64,000 nt of DNA from a bacterium (GTDB lineage Bacteria > Electryoneota > Electryoneia > Electryoneales > Electryoneaceae). This document shows, in pieces, positions 49,612 through 58,763 of this stretch (the stretch's first letter is position 1; every line of letters begins with the position of its first letter). Location: the NCBI GenBank assembly GCA_963675295.2, contig CAXXKJ010000002.1, forward strand, positions 3,456,001-3,520,000, given 5' to 3'. A program made the translations under genes and the position numbers. Under the pieces are notes generated by a model that did no database searches, was not told where the DNA came from, and saw only the letters and a program-made list of their open reading frames with translations.

Positions 49612-50145
49612 AACTACCCCGCAGCAAGCTACGGGGTATCGACTACTCACAGCTCAAGTCGACTTTGATGTAGCGGCTGGTAGTTAGCTTCTGTACCTTG
49701 GTTCATAACGTATTTTCTGATTGTATTTTCGTCACCGTGCGGACCTACGGTGGATATATAATAACCTTTTGTCCAAAATTCCCCACCCCAGAGCTGCTTT
49801 TTAACTTTGGGTTGTCGGATAAACATCTCTCGTGCTGTTATGCTCTTTATAGTTCGTACTAATTTTGTAGCACTCATGGTTGGCACGGATTGCACTAAGA
49901 AATGCACATGATCTCTATCTATTCCAATTTCTATAAATTCTATTTCATAACGTTTTTGGATTTCAAAGCAGATATCCTTTAATGTTAAATCTATCTCAGG
50001 TTCATCAAATACAACACGACGGTATTTCGCTACACATACAAGATGGTATAGCAATATCGATACGTTGTGTTGTTTTCGGATCAGCTCAGACATTCCACAA
50101 GAAACCAACTGCAGCTGGCCGAAGCAAGCTTCGGGGCATCAACCG
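49612..50145 (-). mobile_element. IS200-like insertion sequence (tnpA only) with subterminal hairpins; ends approximate
   Basis: Hairpins TACCCCGCAGC-AA-GCTACGGGGTA (49615-49638) and CCGAAGC-AA-GCTTCGG (50119-50134) flanking tnpA. Confidence 0.8.
49647..50093 (-). CDS. tnpA: IS200/IS605 family Y1 HUH transposase
   Basis: YHLVCVAKYRR, DHVHFL (HUH), KSITAR, LWGGEFWTKGYY.STVG, I.KYV.NQ. Confidence 0.95.
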   Translation of the reverse strand: MSELIRKQHNVSILLYHLVCVAKYRRVVFDEPEIDLTLKDICFEIQKRYEIEFIEIGIDRDHVHFLVQSVPTMSATKLVRTIKSITAREMFIRQPKVKKQLWGGEFWTKGYYISTVGPHGDENTIRKYVMNQGTEANYQPLHQSRLEL

Positions 50146-50392
50146 CACTGGAGTGAAATTCATATGCGCTTTCACAAATACCAGATGATGTTAGTCTATA
50201 AATAACAGATGTCTAGCACATAGTTTAGACTCTCCTAATAATATTGGCATGCAGTGAATGGCCATTCACAAGATAATTGGACCTGCAGCGAATATGGTTT
50301 TCTGAGGATCATAAATAGAAGTATATCCCCACAAGTCATGTAAAATATTCGGTATGGTCAGCCAATTCCTACCAGTCGAAGCTGCACAGAGT

Positions 50393-50426
50393 ACCGGGGA
50401 CACTTAACGGAGTAAGTGTCCCCGGT
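50393..50426. repeat. Palindrome ACCGGGGACACTT...AAGTGTCCCCGGT (second copy at 20188-20221)
   Basis: 14-bp perfect stems at both sites sharing the same 13-bp arm. Confidence 0.75.
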
Positions 50427-50451
50427 TGCGGATAACAAATTGATTACGTGA

Positions 50452-51231
50452 TCAGCACTCGATGCCGTGAGCTTCGGCGACACCGGTAAGCAGGCCGTTG
50501 ATGGCGTCGAGGGCCTCGCTGGTGGCGGCGAGGACTTTTTGCGCCTCATCGGCAGATTCCCGACCCACGGACTGAAGTCCGTGGTAATTGCCATTGGATT
50601 CCACCTCCACGGACTGAAGTCCGTGGTAAGACTCTGCCGGATTCGACGTGACGCGTTCCAGCATCGCGCGTTCGGCGGCGGAATGTTCGACGTCCGCGAC
50701 GATATGCTCGGTGAAATACTCCCACGCGCGTTCGTCGGTGAACCCGTAGAACTCCTTCAGGCCGTCGATTTTCGACTGCGACACCGCCGGGATCTGGGAC
50801 TCGTAGGCATACAATGCGGCCAAACCTTCGGCGACGGAGCGGTTCGCGCAGATCTCCCGGAACGTGCGGATGGTGGCCTGAGTGTGCGAGTTGGCGGCGG
50901 TGGATTCGGCGTCCTGCGCAGTCATGCCCAGCCCCTCGGCAAACTGCAGCCACAGCTCGGGGTGGGTCGGGGCAGAACCCTCTTCGTCGTTGAGGTTCTC
51001 GGTCAGGTGGCGGCGGACGTCGAGGTCCTCGGTGTGGGCGTGCAACGCGCTGATGTAGGTCGGGAACGCCTTGACGTGCTGGTAGTACTGGCCGGCATAG
51101 TCGCGGAGGGCGTCGAGGCTGAGTTCGCCGGCGGTCCACGCCTGGTAGAACGGGTGCTTGAGCAGGTGCTTGGCCTGAATCAGGTCGTCGATCCGGTCAA
51201 TCAAACGGGTCGCTTCGAGGGTTGCGGGCAT
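50452..51231 (-). CDS. CADD (CT610)-like heme-oxygenase-like diiron protein, putative pABA synthase
   Basis: HLLKHPFYQAW, ENL.DEEG...HPELW, ALYAYESQ, K..GL..FY, YF.EH..AD.EH. Confidence 0.85.
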   Translation of the reverse strand: MPATLEATRLIDRIDDLIQAKHLLKHPFYQAWTAGELSLDALRDYAGQYYQHVKAFPTYISALHAHTEDLDVRRHLTENLNDEEGSAPTHPELWLQFAEGLGMTAQDAESTAANSHTQATIRTFREICANRSVAEGLAALYAYESQIPAVSQSKIDGLKEFYGFTDERAWEYFTEHIVADVEHSAAERAMLERVTSNPAESYHGLQSVEVESNGNYHGLQSVGRESADEAQKVLAATSEALDAINGLLTGVAEAHGIEC

Positions 51232-51421
51232 GGCGGTTCCTCAATCGGTTGTGTAGTCTCTGGCTGGAGTTTGGTTCTCCTAACACAGGGAAGGTACACG
51301 GCGGAGAGGGTTGTTGCAACGCTTGCCGTTTCCTCCGCCTCAGCCTACCTTTCGGCGGTCGGTGGGCTATGGGCTATGGGCTGTGGGCAATGGGCTACCG
51401 GCTATAGGCTATTGGCTCATG

Positions 51422-51514
51422 TGTCATTCTGACGATTGCGAAACGATCGGAAGAATCTCCAGCTCTGATTCAGGTTGGATGAGTTGGAGATCCTTCACTT
51501 CGTTCAGGATGACA
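51422..51514. repeat. REPIN-like palindromic element, GTCATTCTGA...TCAGGATGAC family
   Basis: TGTCATTCTGA...GAAGAATCTCCA ... TGGAGATCCTTCACTTCGTTCAGGATGACA. Confidence 0.75.
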
Positions 51515-51590
51515 CCCCTTTGCCTCTGCACACGGTACACGGTACTTCAGGACTCAAGACTCAGAACTCATGACTCAGGACTTTCCTTCG

Positions 51591-52946
51591 ATGGCTTCTC
51601 CGAAACCGCGCTCGTTCAAGGGCACACGTGACTTCACCCCGCGCGAGATGATTCCGCGTGAACAGATCATCGGCACGATGAAGCGGGTGTTCCGGTTGTA
51701 TGGCTTCAGTCCGTTGGAAACTCCGGCGCTGGAAATGCTCTCGGTGTTGACCGGCAAGTACGGCGACGAGGGCGAAAAGCTTCTCTACAAGCTGGATTAC
51801 AAGAACGATGATTTCGAGAACCGGGTCGCGTTACGCTATGACCTGACGGTTCCGCTGGCACGTGTGATCGCGTCGCATCCGGAATGGCCGGTCCCGTTCA
51901 AGCGCTACCAGATCCAGCCGGTGTGGCGCGCGGACAAGCCGCAGACACGGCAGGGGCGATTCCGTGAATTCTACCAGTGTGACATCGACACCATCGGCGC
52001 GCCGGAGGGGTTGGCGGACGCGGAGATTCTCGCATTGACGGTCGCGATGCTGGACGAACTTGGCTTCAAGGACGGCGACAAGCGGGCGGTCGTGCAGCTC
52101 AATCACCGCAAGGTGCTGGAGGGAATCACGGTTCTGGCCGGGCATCCGCGTGAGGATCTCGCCGGGTTCTGCCGCGCGTTGGACAAGCTTGACAAGATCG
52201 GCCGCGAGGGGGTTGACGCCGAGCTGAAGCAGATCGGTGTCACCGATGACGGGCTGCGTCGTCTCGATGACGTGCTGCCGTTGGGCGAAGGCGGCAAGAA
52301 TCCGCATGAAGTGATCGAAGCGTTGCGCGGTGTGTTCGCGGACGAACCGGTCGCGTTGGAGGGGCTGGACGGACTGGCGTTGATCCTGACCAACCTTGAG
52401 CAGCTGGGGACGCCGTTGGACCGCATCAACCTCAACCCTGCGCTGGCGCGTGGGCTGGACTACTACACCGGCGCGGTGTTTGAATCGACGTTGCCCGAGC
52501 AGCCGCACATTGGCTCGTTGACCGGCGGCGGACGTTACGACAAGCTGATCGGCCTGTACGGCGGCGGTGACAAGCCGGCGGTCGGTACGACGATCGGTCT
52601 CGACCGCATGTTCGCCGCGATGGAACAGCTCGGCATGGCGGACACGGAAGCGCAGACGGTTACTCGTGTGCTGCTGGCGGCGTGGTCGGACGATCAGTTC
52701 GGCGCGTGCCTGCGGGCGGTGCGGGTGTTCCGTGAGGCGGGTGTCCCGGCGGAGGTATTCCCGACGACCGGAAAGTTGAAGAAACCGTTCTCGCACGCTG
52801 ACAAGCTGAACATTCCGTTCGTCGCGGTGATCGGTCCGGACGAGGCCGACCATCCGGACGGTCTGCATGTGTCGTTGAAGGATTTGCGCGCGGGGACGCA
52901 GGAGACGGTGCCAGTCGGAAAAGCGGTTGAGCTGGTGAACACGTAG
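51591..52946 (+). CDS. hisS: Histidine--tRNA ligase
   Basis: KGTRDF, LRYDLTVPLAR, GRFREFYQCD, LARGLDYYTG, GGGRYD. Confidence 0.97.
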   Translation: MASPKPRSFKGTRDFTPREMIPREQIIGTMKRVFRLYGFSPLETPALEMLSVLTGKYGDEGEKLLYKLDYKNDDFENRVALRYDLTVPLARVIASHPEWPVPFKRYQIQPVWRADKPQTRQGRFREFYQCDIDTIGAPEGLADAEILALTVAMLDELGFKDGDKRAVVQLNHRKVLEGITVLAGHPREDLAGFCRALDKLDKIGREGVDAELKQIGVTDDGLRRLDDVLPLGEGGKNPHEVIEALRGVFADEPVALEGLDGLALILTNLEQLGTPLDRINLNPALARGLDYYTGAVFESTLPEQPHIGSLTGGGRYDKLIGLYGGGDKPAVGTTIGLDRMFAAMEQLGMADTEAQTVTRVLLAAWSDDQFGACLRAVRVFREAGVPAEVFPTTGKLKKPFSHADKLNIPFVAVIGPDEADHPDGLHVSLKDLRAGTQETVPVGKAVELVNT

Positions 52947-53039
52947 TATTTCCCTCCAGGGGAAATCGTACCAGAATTTCCGGATGAACCGGGGTACAGG
53001 GGGTATCTGCCGGACGTCCTTGTTGAGAGGAAACCGTCC

Positions 53040-54014
53040 ATGAAAGCCATTGTCTGTACCCGGTATGGGAGTCCGGACACACTCGAGCTGCGTGAAGTGG
53101 ACCAACCGGTGCCGCAGCCGGATGAGGTCCTGATTCGGGTTCGCGTCGCAACGATTTCTCCCGCCGACATTGCGGCGCGCACCGGCCAGCCGTGGTTCGC
53201 TCGTCTCGCCTTTGGCCTCACCAAACCGAAGAAAACGGTTCTCGGCTCTGAGTTTTCCGGCGTCATCGAAGCGGTGGGCGCGAACGTGGACAATTTCGCA
53301 CCTGGCGATGAAGTGTTCGGCGCGTCCGGCGACGATTTCGGCTGCCACGCCGAGTTTGTATGCATGTCGAAGGACGAAGCGATTGTCCGCAAGCCCTCCT
53401 CCCTGTCCCATGAAGATGCCGCGGCACTGGGCGACGGCGCATTGACCGCGTTGCCGTTCCTGCGTGATCTCGGAAAATTGCACAGCGGCCAGGATGTGTT
53501 GATCAACGGTGCGTCCGGCGCGGTCGGATCGGCGGCGGTGCAGTTGGCGAAGCACTACGGCGCGATGGTGACCGGTGTCTGCAGCACGGCGAACGTCGAG
53601 TTTGTCACTTCGCTCGGCGCGGACCATGTGATCGACTACCGCAAGGAAGACTTCACGGCCTTAAGCCGCCGGTATGATATCGTGTTTGACACGGTCGGCA
53701 AGAGTTCGTTTTCGCAGAGCCGGCGTGTGCTCAAACCGGGCGGAATCTACTTGCGAACCATACCAACCTTCGCGGTGTTGTTGCAGATGTTGACGACGAA
53801 ACGGTTCGGCCAGAAAAAGGCGGCGATCGGGTTCATGGGACTGCGTCCGCCGCACAAGAAGATTGCCGACCTGCGGCTTTTGGCGGAGTTGTTTGACCAG
53901 GGCACCGTGAAGCCGTTTATCGGCAAACGCTTCCCGATGACCGAATATGTCCGGGCGCATGAGTTGGTGGAATCCGGACACAAGCAGGGCAATGTGGTTC
54001 TGACAATGACGTGA
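53040..54014 (+). CDS. MDR-family NAD(P)-dependent oxidoreductase (zinc-independent type)
   Basis: MKAIV..YG.P, VLINGASGAVG, LGADHVIDY, GNVVL. Confidence 0.9.
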   Translation: MKAIVCTRYGSPDTLELREVDQPVPQPDEVLIRVRVATISPADIAARTGQPWFARLAFGLTKPKKTVLGSEFSGVIEAVGANVDNFAPGDEVFGASGDDFGCHAEFVCMSKDEAIVRKPSSLSHEDAAALGDGALTALPFLRDLGKLHSGQDVLINGASGAVGSAAVQLAKHYGAMVTGVCSTANVEFVTSLGADHVIDYRKEDFTALSRRYDIVFDTVGKSSFSQSRRVLKPGGIYLRTIPTFAVLLQMLTTKRFGQKKAAIGFMGLRPPHKKIADLRLLAELFDQGTVKPFIGKRFPMTEYVRAHELVESGHKQGNVVLTMT

Positions 54015-54087
54015 TCAGGGACTCAACGGGTCGCGTCGAGGTCAATGGAGTGAACCTGGCAGGCTTTTTCACCCCCCGGAGTTGACC

Positions 54088-54972
54088 ATGATCAAGACGG
54101 ACAAGAACATTTCGTCGTGGAAAGCGATTCGAACCTTCATGAAGGTCGGATCGTGTTCCGAGACGATGTGCAACGTGCTCAACCGTGCGTACGAGCAACC
54201 GCTGGAAACGGAAGAGAACGCCGCGATGCCATTGGCCGGCGGGCTGATGCAGCAGGGGTACCAGTGCGGCCTGATCTGGGGCGCGTCGCTGGCGGCCGGC
54301 GCGCAGGCCTACCGGCAGTATGGAGCGGGACCGCAGGCGGAATCGATGACGATCCGTGCCGCGCAGAAGGTGATGGGATCCTTTCGCACCCACAGCAAGG
54401 ACACCAATTGCTTTGAGATCACGGAAGTGGACTGGCGTGTGCCGAAAGAAATGCGCAAGTTCATGCTGAAGGGCGGCCCGATCCGTTGTTTCCACCGTGC
54501 AGGCCGGGCGGTACCGTTGGCTCATCGTGAACTGAAGGACACGTTCGCAGGAGCTGCGGAGGAATCGCCCGATGCGCCGGAGGGCCCGGTCAGTTGCGCG
54601 GCGGAGCTGGTCCGGAAGCTGGGTGGCAGCGAGCTACACCAGACGATGGCGTCCGGATTTGCAGGCGGGATCGGGCTTAGCGGTGGTGGCTGCGGAGCGT
54701 TGGGCGCGGCGATCTGGCTGTATGCGATGAAAGCGAAGGATGCCAACGGCGGCAAGTTGGATTACAACGACCCGAAGCTACGGCAGTTGGTCGAAGGATT
54801 CGCGAAACACAGCGGCTTTGAGTACGAGTGTGAGCAGATTGCCGGGCGGACGTTCAAGGACACGAGCGACCACGCCGCGTACCTGCGACAGGGTGGTTGC
54901 ACCGACCTGATTAACCAGCTGGCTGCGGATGTTGACGCCGGGCCGGCCACCACGGAGTCACCGGGCACGTGA
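54088..54972 (+). CDS. C-GCAxxG-C-C family redox protein with two tandem domains
   Basis: SCSE...LAGG...CGLIWG...NC and SCAA...FAGG...CGALG...EC...C. Confidence 0.8.
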   Translation: MIKTDKNISSWKAIRTFMKVGSCSETMCNVLNRAYEQPLETEENAAMPLAGGLMQQGYQCGLIWGASLAAGAQAYRQYGAGPQAESMTIRAAQKVMGSFRTHSKDTNCFEITEVDWRVPKEMRKFMLKGGPIRCFHRAGRAVPLAHRELKDTFAGAAEESPDAPEGPVSCAAELVRKLGGSELHQTMASGFAGGIGLSGGGCGALGAAIWLYAMKAKDANGGKLDYNDPKLRQLVEGFAKHSGFEYECEQIAGRTFKDTSDHAAYLRQGGCTDLINQLAADVDAGPATTESPGT

Positions 54973-55682
54973 CAGAACGAATTATACCACCATCACCCCG
55001 TACCCTCGCCCGGGTGACGGGAATCCTCTACCTGGTCATCTTCATCACCGCCGGCTTTGCAGAAGGGTTTGTCCGTGGTGGGCTGGTGATCCCCGGTGAT
55101 GCGGCAACCACGGCGGCGAACATCCAGGCGTCGGAAGGGTTGTGGCGCGCGGGATTCGTGGCCGATCTGATCGCATTCACCTGCGACGCGCTGGTCGGAA
55201 TCCTGTTCTACGTGCTGCTCAAACCGGTGAACTCGACGTTGGCGCTGGTGGCGTTGGTGCTGCGTCTGCTGGGTCATCCGGTGGTCGCGACGGTGAATCT
55301 GCTCAACCATTTCGCCGCGTTGCACGTACTGGGTGGAACCGGCACCCTGGCTGCGTTCAGCCCTGAACAGTTGCAGGCGTTGATGATGGTTTTCCTCGAC
55401 CTGCACGGAACTGGCTATTTGATCGCGGGCGTGTTCTTCGGCCTGCATCTGGCGTTGCTCGGGCACCTGATGTTCAGATCGGACCGTTTCCCGCGTTGGG
55501 TCGCGTTGCTGGTCGGACTGGCGGCGGTGGGCTACCTGATCGAGAGTTTCGGTACCTTCCTCGCGCCGGGTGGGGCAGATGTCTACGCGATGATTGTGCT
55601 TGCCAGCGCGGTGCTCGGAGAAATGGTGTTGACGCTGTATCTTCTGATCAAGGGCGTGAAAACGGTACCGGCGGACGCGTAA
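54969..55682 (+). CDS. DUF4386-like membrane protein
   Basis: ARVTGILYL, GDAATTAANI, FFGLH, PRW, GE...LYLLIKG. Confidence 0.75.
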   Translation: MTERIIPPSPRTLARVTGILYLVIFITAGFAEGFVRGGLVIPGDAATTAANIQASEGLWRAGFVADLIAFTCDALVGILFYVLLKPVNSTLALVALVLRLLGHPVVATVNLLNHFAALHVLGGTGTLAAFSPEQLQALMMVFLDLHGTGYLIAGVFFGLHLALLGHLMFRSDRFPRWVALLVGLAAVGYLIESFGTFLAPGGADVYAMIVLASAVLGEMVLTLYLLIKGVKTVPADA

Positions 55683-55723
55683 GCCGGTTGGCGTGCTACC
55701 ATCCAGCAAGCCTGGGGAGATGA

Positions 55724-57232
55724 GTGGATCTATACGCGATACCGGTGCTGATTTCGGGGATTCTGACCGGGTTGCTGTCGATCATCACGTGGCTGTTCCG
55801 GCGGCGTGAACGCATCAACCGTGCCTTCTCATTTTTCACTGCCGCGATTGCGATTGACAGTTTTACCTACTTCGCCTGGTTCCAGGTTGGCAGCATTGAT
55901 CTGATGCAGACGTGGATGCGATTCATTTTCGTCGTCGGCTTCCTCGTGCCGATCGGGCTGATCGTGTTTTTCTTCGCGTTTACGGGTTATGACAAACGGA
56001 TGGACGAAAAGGTCCTCGGTATCAAGGTGCGGCATTACGCCTGGTTTTATTACTCCCTGTTTGCCGCGTGCATCCTGATGTCAATCTTCACCGACTGGTT
56101 GATCGCGCTCCCGGAACACCCGCAGAATATCTGGGATCATGAGGCGGGACCGTTTACCTATGCCATCTTCCCGCTGTTCGCGATGACGTCGTTTTACATG
56201 CTGATGCTCGCCTACCGTGCCTATCGCGATTCCGAAAACCGGCCGGACAAACGCTTCATCCAGCTGGTCAGCGTGGGGACGGTGTTGTGGATTGTTGTCG
56301 GCCTGACCAGCTCTGCGCTGACAACCCCTTCCAGCATCGTTGGCCTGTCCCTTACCTACTTCGGCAGCAGCGTGATGGCGGTTTTCTACTTCATCGCGAT
56401 TGTCAATTACCAGTCGGACAAGGTGCACGAGCTGAATGTCGGGCTTGAGCGGAAGGTCGAGGAGCGCACCCGTCACCTCGAAGAAACACGCGCTCAATTG
56501 GTGCAGAGCGAGAAGATGGCTGCGTTGGGCCACCTGGTCGCCGGTGTCGCGCATGAGATGAACACCCCGGTCGGTGCGGTCTACAGCACGCACAGCACAT
56601 TGACCGCCGCCGCCAACAAGTTGCGCAAGACGCTCGCGGATGAGCACGCGATCAACGTGGACGAGTCGAAAAACCTGGCGAAGGTGCTGAAGGTGCTGGG
56701 CAATGTCAGCGAAGTGATCCGTACCAGCGGGGAACGCATCACCGGGATCGTGAAACGGCTGAAAACGTTCGCCCAACTGGACGAAGCGGACGTGCAAACG
56801 GTCGACTTCAACGCCACCATCGAGAACACGCTGGAGATGTTCTCGTTCCACCTCAAGCCGGGGGTCACGGTTCGCACCGAGTTCGCCGAGCTGCCGCCGA
56901 TCACCTGTTATCCGGCTCAGATCAACCAGCTCGGGTTCCAGTTGCTGGCGAACGCGAACATGGCGATCGTCGGCGAGGGCGAGATCGTGCTGCGGACGGA
57001 GCAGCGTGAGGGCGAGCTGCGCTTCAGTGTGCAGGACAGCGGTCGTGGGATCCAGCCGGACCATGTGCCGCGATTGTTCGATCCGGGATTCACCGCGTGG
57101 ACGCTGAATGTCGGCACCGGGCTCGGCCTCGCGATTTGCTACCAGATCGCGCAGGAACACAAGGGCCGGATTGAAGTGCAGACGGAGGTTGGTACGGGAA
57201 GTACGTTCACGCTAATCTTTCCCATAAACTGA
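55724..57232 (+). CDS. 7TM sensor histidine kinase (NtrB-like core)
   Basis: Multi-TM N-terminus; QLVQSEKMAALG.LVAGVAHEMNTP; DSGRGI, FDPGFT, GTGLGL. Confidence 0.92.
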   Translation: MDLYAIPVLISGILTGLLSIITWLFRRRERINRAFSFFTAAIAIDSFTYFAWFQVGSIDLMQTWMRFIFVVGFLVPIGLIVFFFAFTGYDKRMDEKVLGIKVRHYAWFYYSLFAACILMSIFTDWLIALPEHPQNIWDHEAGPFTYAIFPLFAMTSFYMLMLAYRAYRDSENRPDKRFIQLVSVGTVLWIVVGLTSSALTTPSSIVGLSLTYFGSSVMAVFYFIAIVNYQSDKVHELNVGLERKVEERTRHLEETRAQLVQSEKMAALGHLVAGVAHEMNTPVGAVYSTHSTLTAAANKLRKTLADEHAINVDESKNLAKVLKVLGNVSEVIRTSGERITGIVKRLKTFAQLDEADVQTVDFNATIENTLEMFSFHLKPGVTVRTEFAELPPITCYPAQINQLGFQLLANANMAIVGEGEIVLRTEQREGELRFSVQDSGRGIQPDHVPRLFDPGFTAWTLNVGTGLGLAICYQIAQEHKGRIEVQTEVGTGSTFTLIFPIN

Positions 57233-57239
57233 CAGGGGG

Positions 57240-57466
57240 AACCACGGAATACACGGAAAAGCAACTGACGTCCACGAAAACCGCGAAAATGAAACGAAAA
57301 AACAAAAGAAACATCTTTATGAATAAATCATAATGGATCGAATTATGCAGCATTATTTATATTTATCATTATCTGTATTATCAATTATTATAGGTTGTTT
57401 TCGCTTATTTTCGTGCATTTTGTGGACTATCATCTTTTTTCCGTTTATTCCGAGTATTCCGTGGTT
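57240..57466. repeat. Nested long inverted repeat around an AT-rich core
   Basis: AACCACGGAATACACGGAA (57240-57258) vs TTCCGAGTATTCCGTGGTT (57448-57466); inner imperfect pair 57270-57300 / 57398-57427. Confidence 0.75.
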
Positions 57467-57481
57467 GAGGAGAGGTATTTG

Positions 57482-58474
57482 ATGGCATACAAAACGCTTA
57501 TTCTCGGTGGAACGGGTTTCATCGGGCATCATATCGCGCGTGAGTTGCTCGCGAAGGGTCATACGGTCCGTGTGCTGGCGCGTGCGGGCGGCGACCGGTC
57601 GTTGCTCAAGGGGATGGATGTCGAGATCGTGGACGGCGACCTCAGCGACTCGTCCTCCCTGCTCGCGGCGCTGGAGGGCTGTGACGCGTTGATCCACGCC
57701 GCCGCGCACTACCCGGTGTGGTCGTTGGACGCCGACCGTGAGGCGGAACTCGGGCGTCAACAGATCCTGCGTGTGCACGAGGCGTTGGCGAAACATCCGG
57801 TCGAACGCTTTGTCTACGTTTCCGGGCCGGCTGCGGTCGGGCGCTATCCGGACGGGCGTCCGGCGGACGAAGACGCGCCGTGGCCGGAGGAACGCCGCAA
57901 GTCGGCGTATGCACGGGTGAAACGTGAGATGCAGGACCTGGTGCTGTACAACGCGCGGCGGACGAATGCGACGGTGGTTGTCCCGACCGGCACCTTCGGC
58001 CCGGGGGATCGCAAGCCGACGACCGGCCAGTTGATCGTGGACATCGCGGCCAACCGTGTGCCGGTGGCGTTGCACGGACGCACGAACGCGGTGTCGGTGT
58101 TCGCGGTGGCGGACGGTGTGCGGCGGACGTTGGAACAGGGCGCGGTCGGGCGGCTGTATGTGCTCGGGGACGAAAACCTGACGGTGCTCGAGCTGTGCAC
58201 ACGGATCGCGGATATCGTCGGCGTGCGCGCGCCACGGCTGGGCCTGTCGCCGGACATTCTGCGGCCGGTCGCGGTGATCGGGGAACACCTGGCGCGGCGG
58301 ATGCGGAAAGACCGTCCCGCGGTGCCCGTGGTCGGCCTCGACTTCGCGCTGTTCGGCACGCACCTCAGCAGCGACGTCGCGCGGAACGAACTGGGCTATG
58401 ATCCGTCGGCGTATCCGCTGGACGCGGCGCTGAAGGACGCGTGGGAGTGGTTCAAGGATCAGGAGATGGTGTAA
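57482..58474 (+). CDS. NAD-dependent epimerase/dehydratase (HpnA/dihydroflavonol reductase-like)
   Basis: ILGGTGFIG, GDL, IHAAA, YARVK, GPGD.KPT.G. Confidence 0.9.
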   Translation: MAYKTLILGGTGFIGHHIARELLAKGHTVRVLARAGGDRSLLKGMDVEIVDGDLSDSSSLLAALEGCDALIHAAAHYPVWSLDADREAELGRQQILRVHEALAKHPVERFVYVSGPAAVGRYPDGRPADEDAPWPEERRKSAYARVKREMQDLVLYNARRTNATVVVPTGTFGPGDRKPTTGQLIVDIAANRVPVALHGRTNAVSVFAVADGVRRTLEQGAVGRLYVLGDENLTVLELCTRIADIVGVRAPRLGLSPDILRPVAVIGEHLARRMRKDRPAVPVVGLDFALFGTHLSSDVARNELGYDPSAYPLDAALKDAWEWFKDQEMV

Positions 58475-58575
58475 GTTCATGGGTCGGTACAGGTTCAGGG
58501 ATTGGCCGGACCCGTTGCGCGGCGTCTCCGTTCCCCGGAACGGATTCTGCGTGGTAGCAGCGAATACAAGGGGGG

Positions 58576-58695
58576 ATGATCATGGCACAGCTGGTGATGT
58601 TAGGCGATTTCTTTCTGGGGCTGGGCGTTTTGCTGATCGGCCTCGCGGCGTTGTGGGGCGTGGCGGTGTGGAACGAAAAGGGGAAGAAGGGGTAG
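58576..58695 (+). CDS. Small single-TM membrane protein (37-39 aa), below the ORF-track cutoff
   Basis: MIMAQLVMLGDFFLGLGVLLIGLAALWGVAVWNEKGKKG; AAGGGGGG RBS; basic tail. Confidence 0.55.
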   Translation: MIMAQLVMLGDFFLGLGVLLIGLAALWGVAVWNEKGKKG

Positions 58696-58763
58696 CACGT
58701 TTAGCTTTATATAAAACTAATATTATATAATATCTAAAAATACATTATCAATATAACCGGTTA

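Noticed and set aside
49647-50450. IS605-type element with tnpB/iscB and a guide RNA
   Set aside because: Only tnpA lies between the hairpins; there is no RuvC-type ORF nearby
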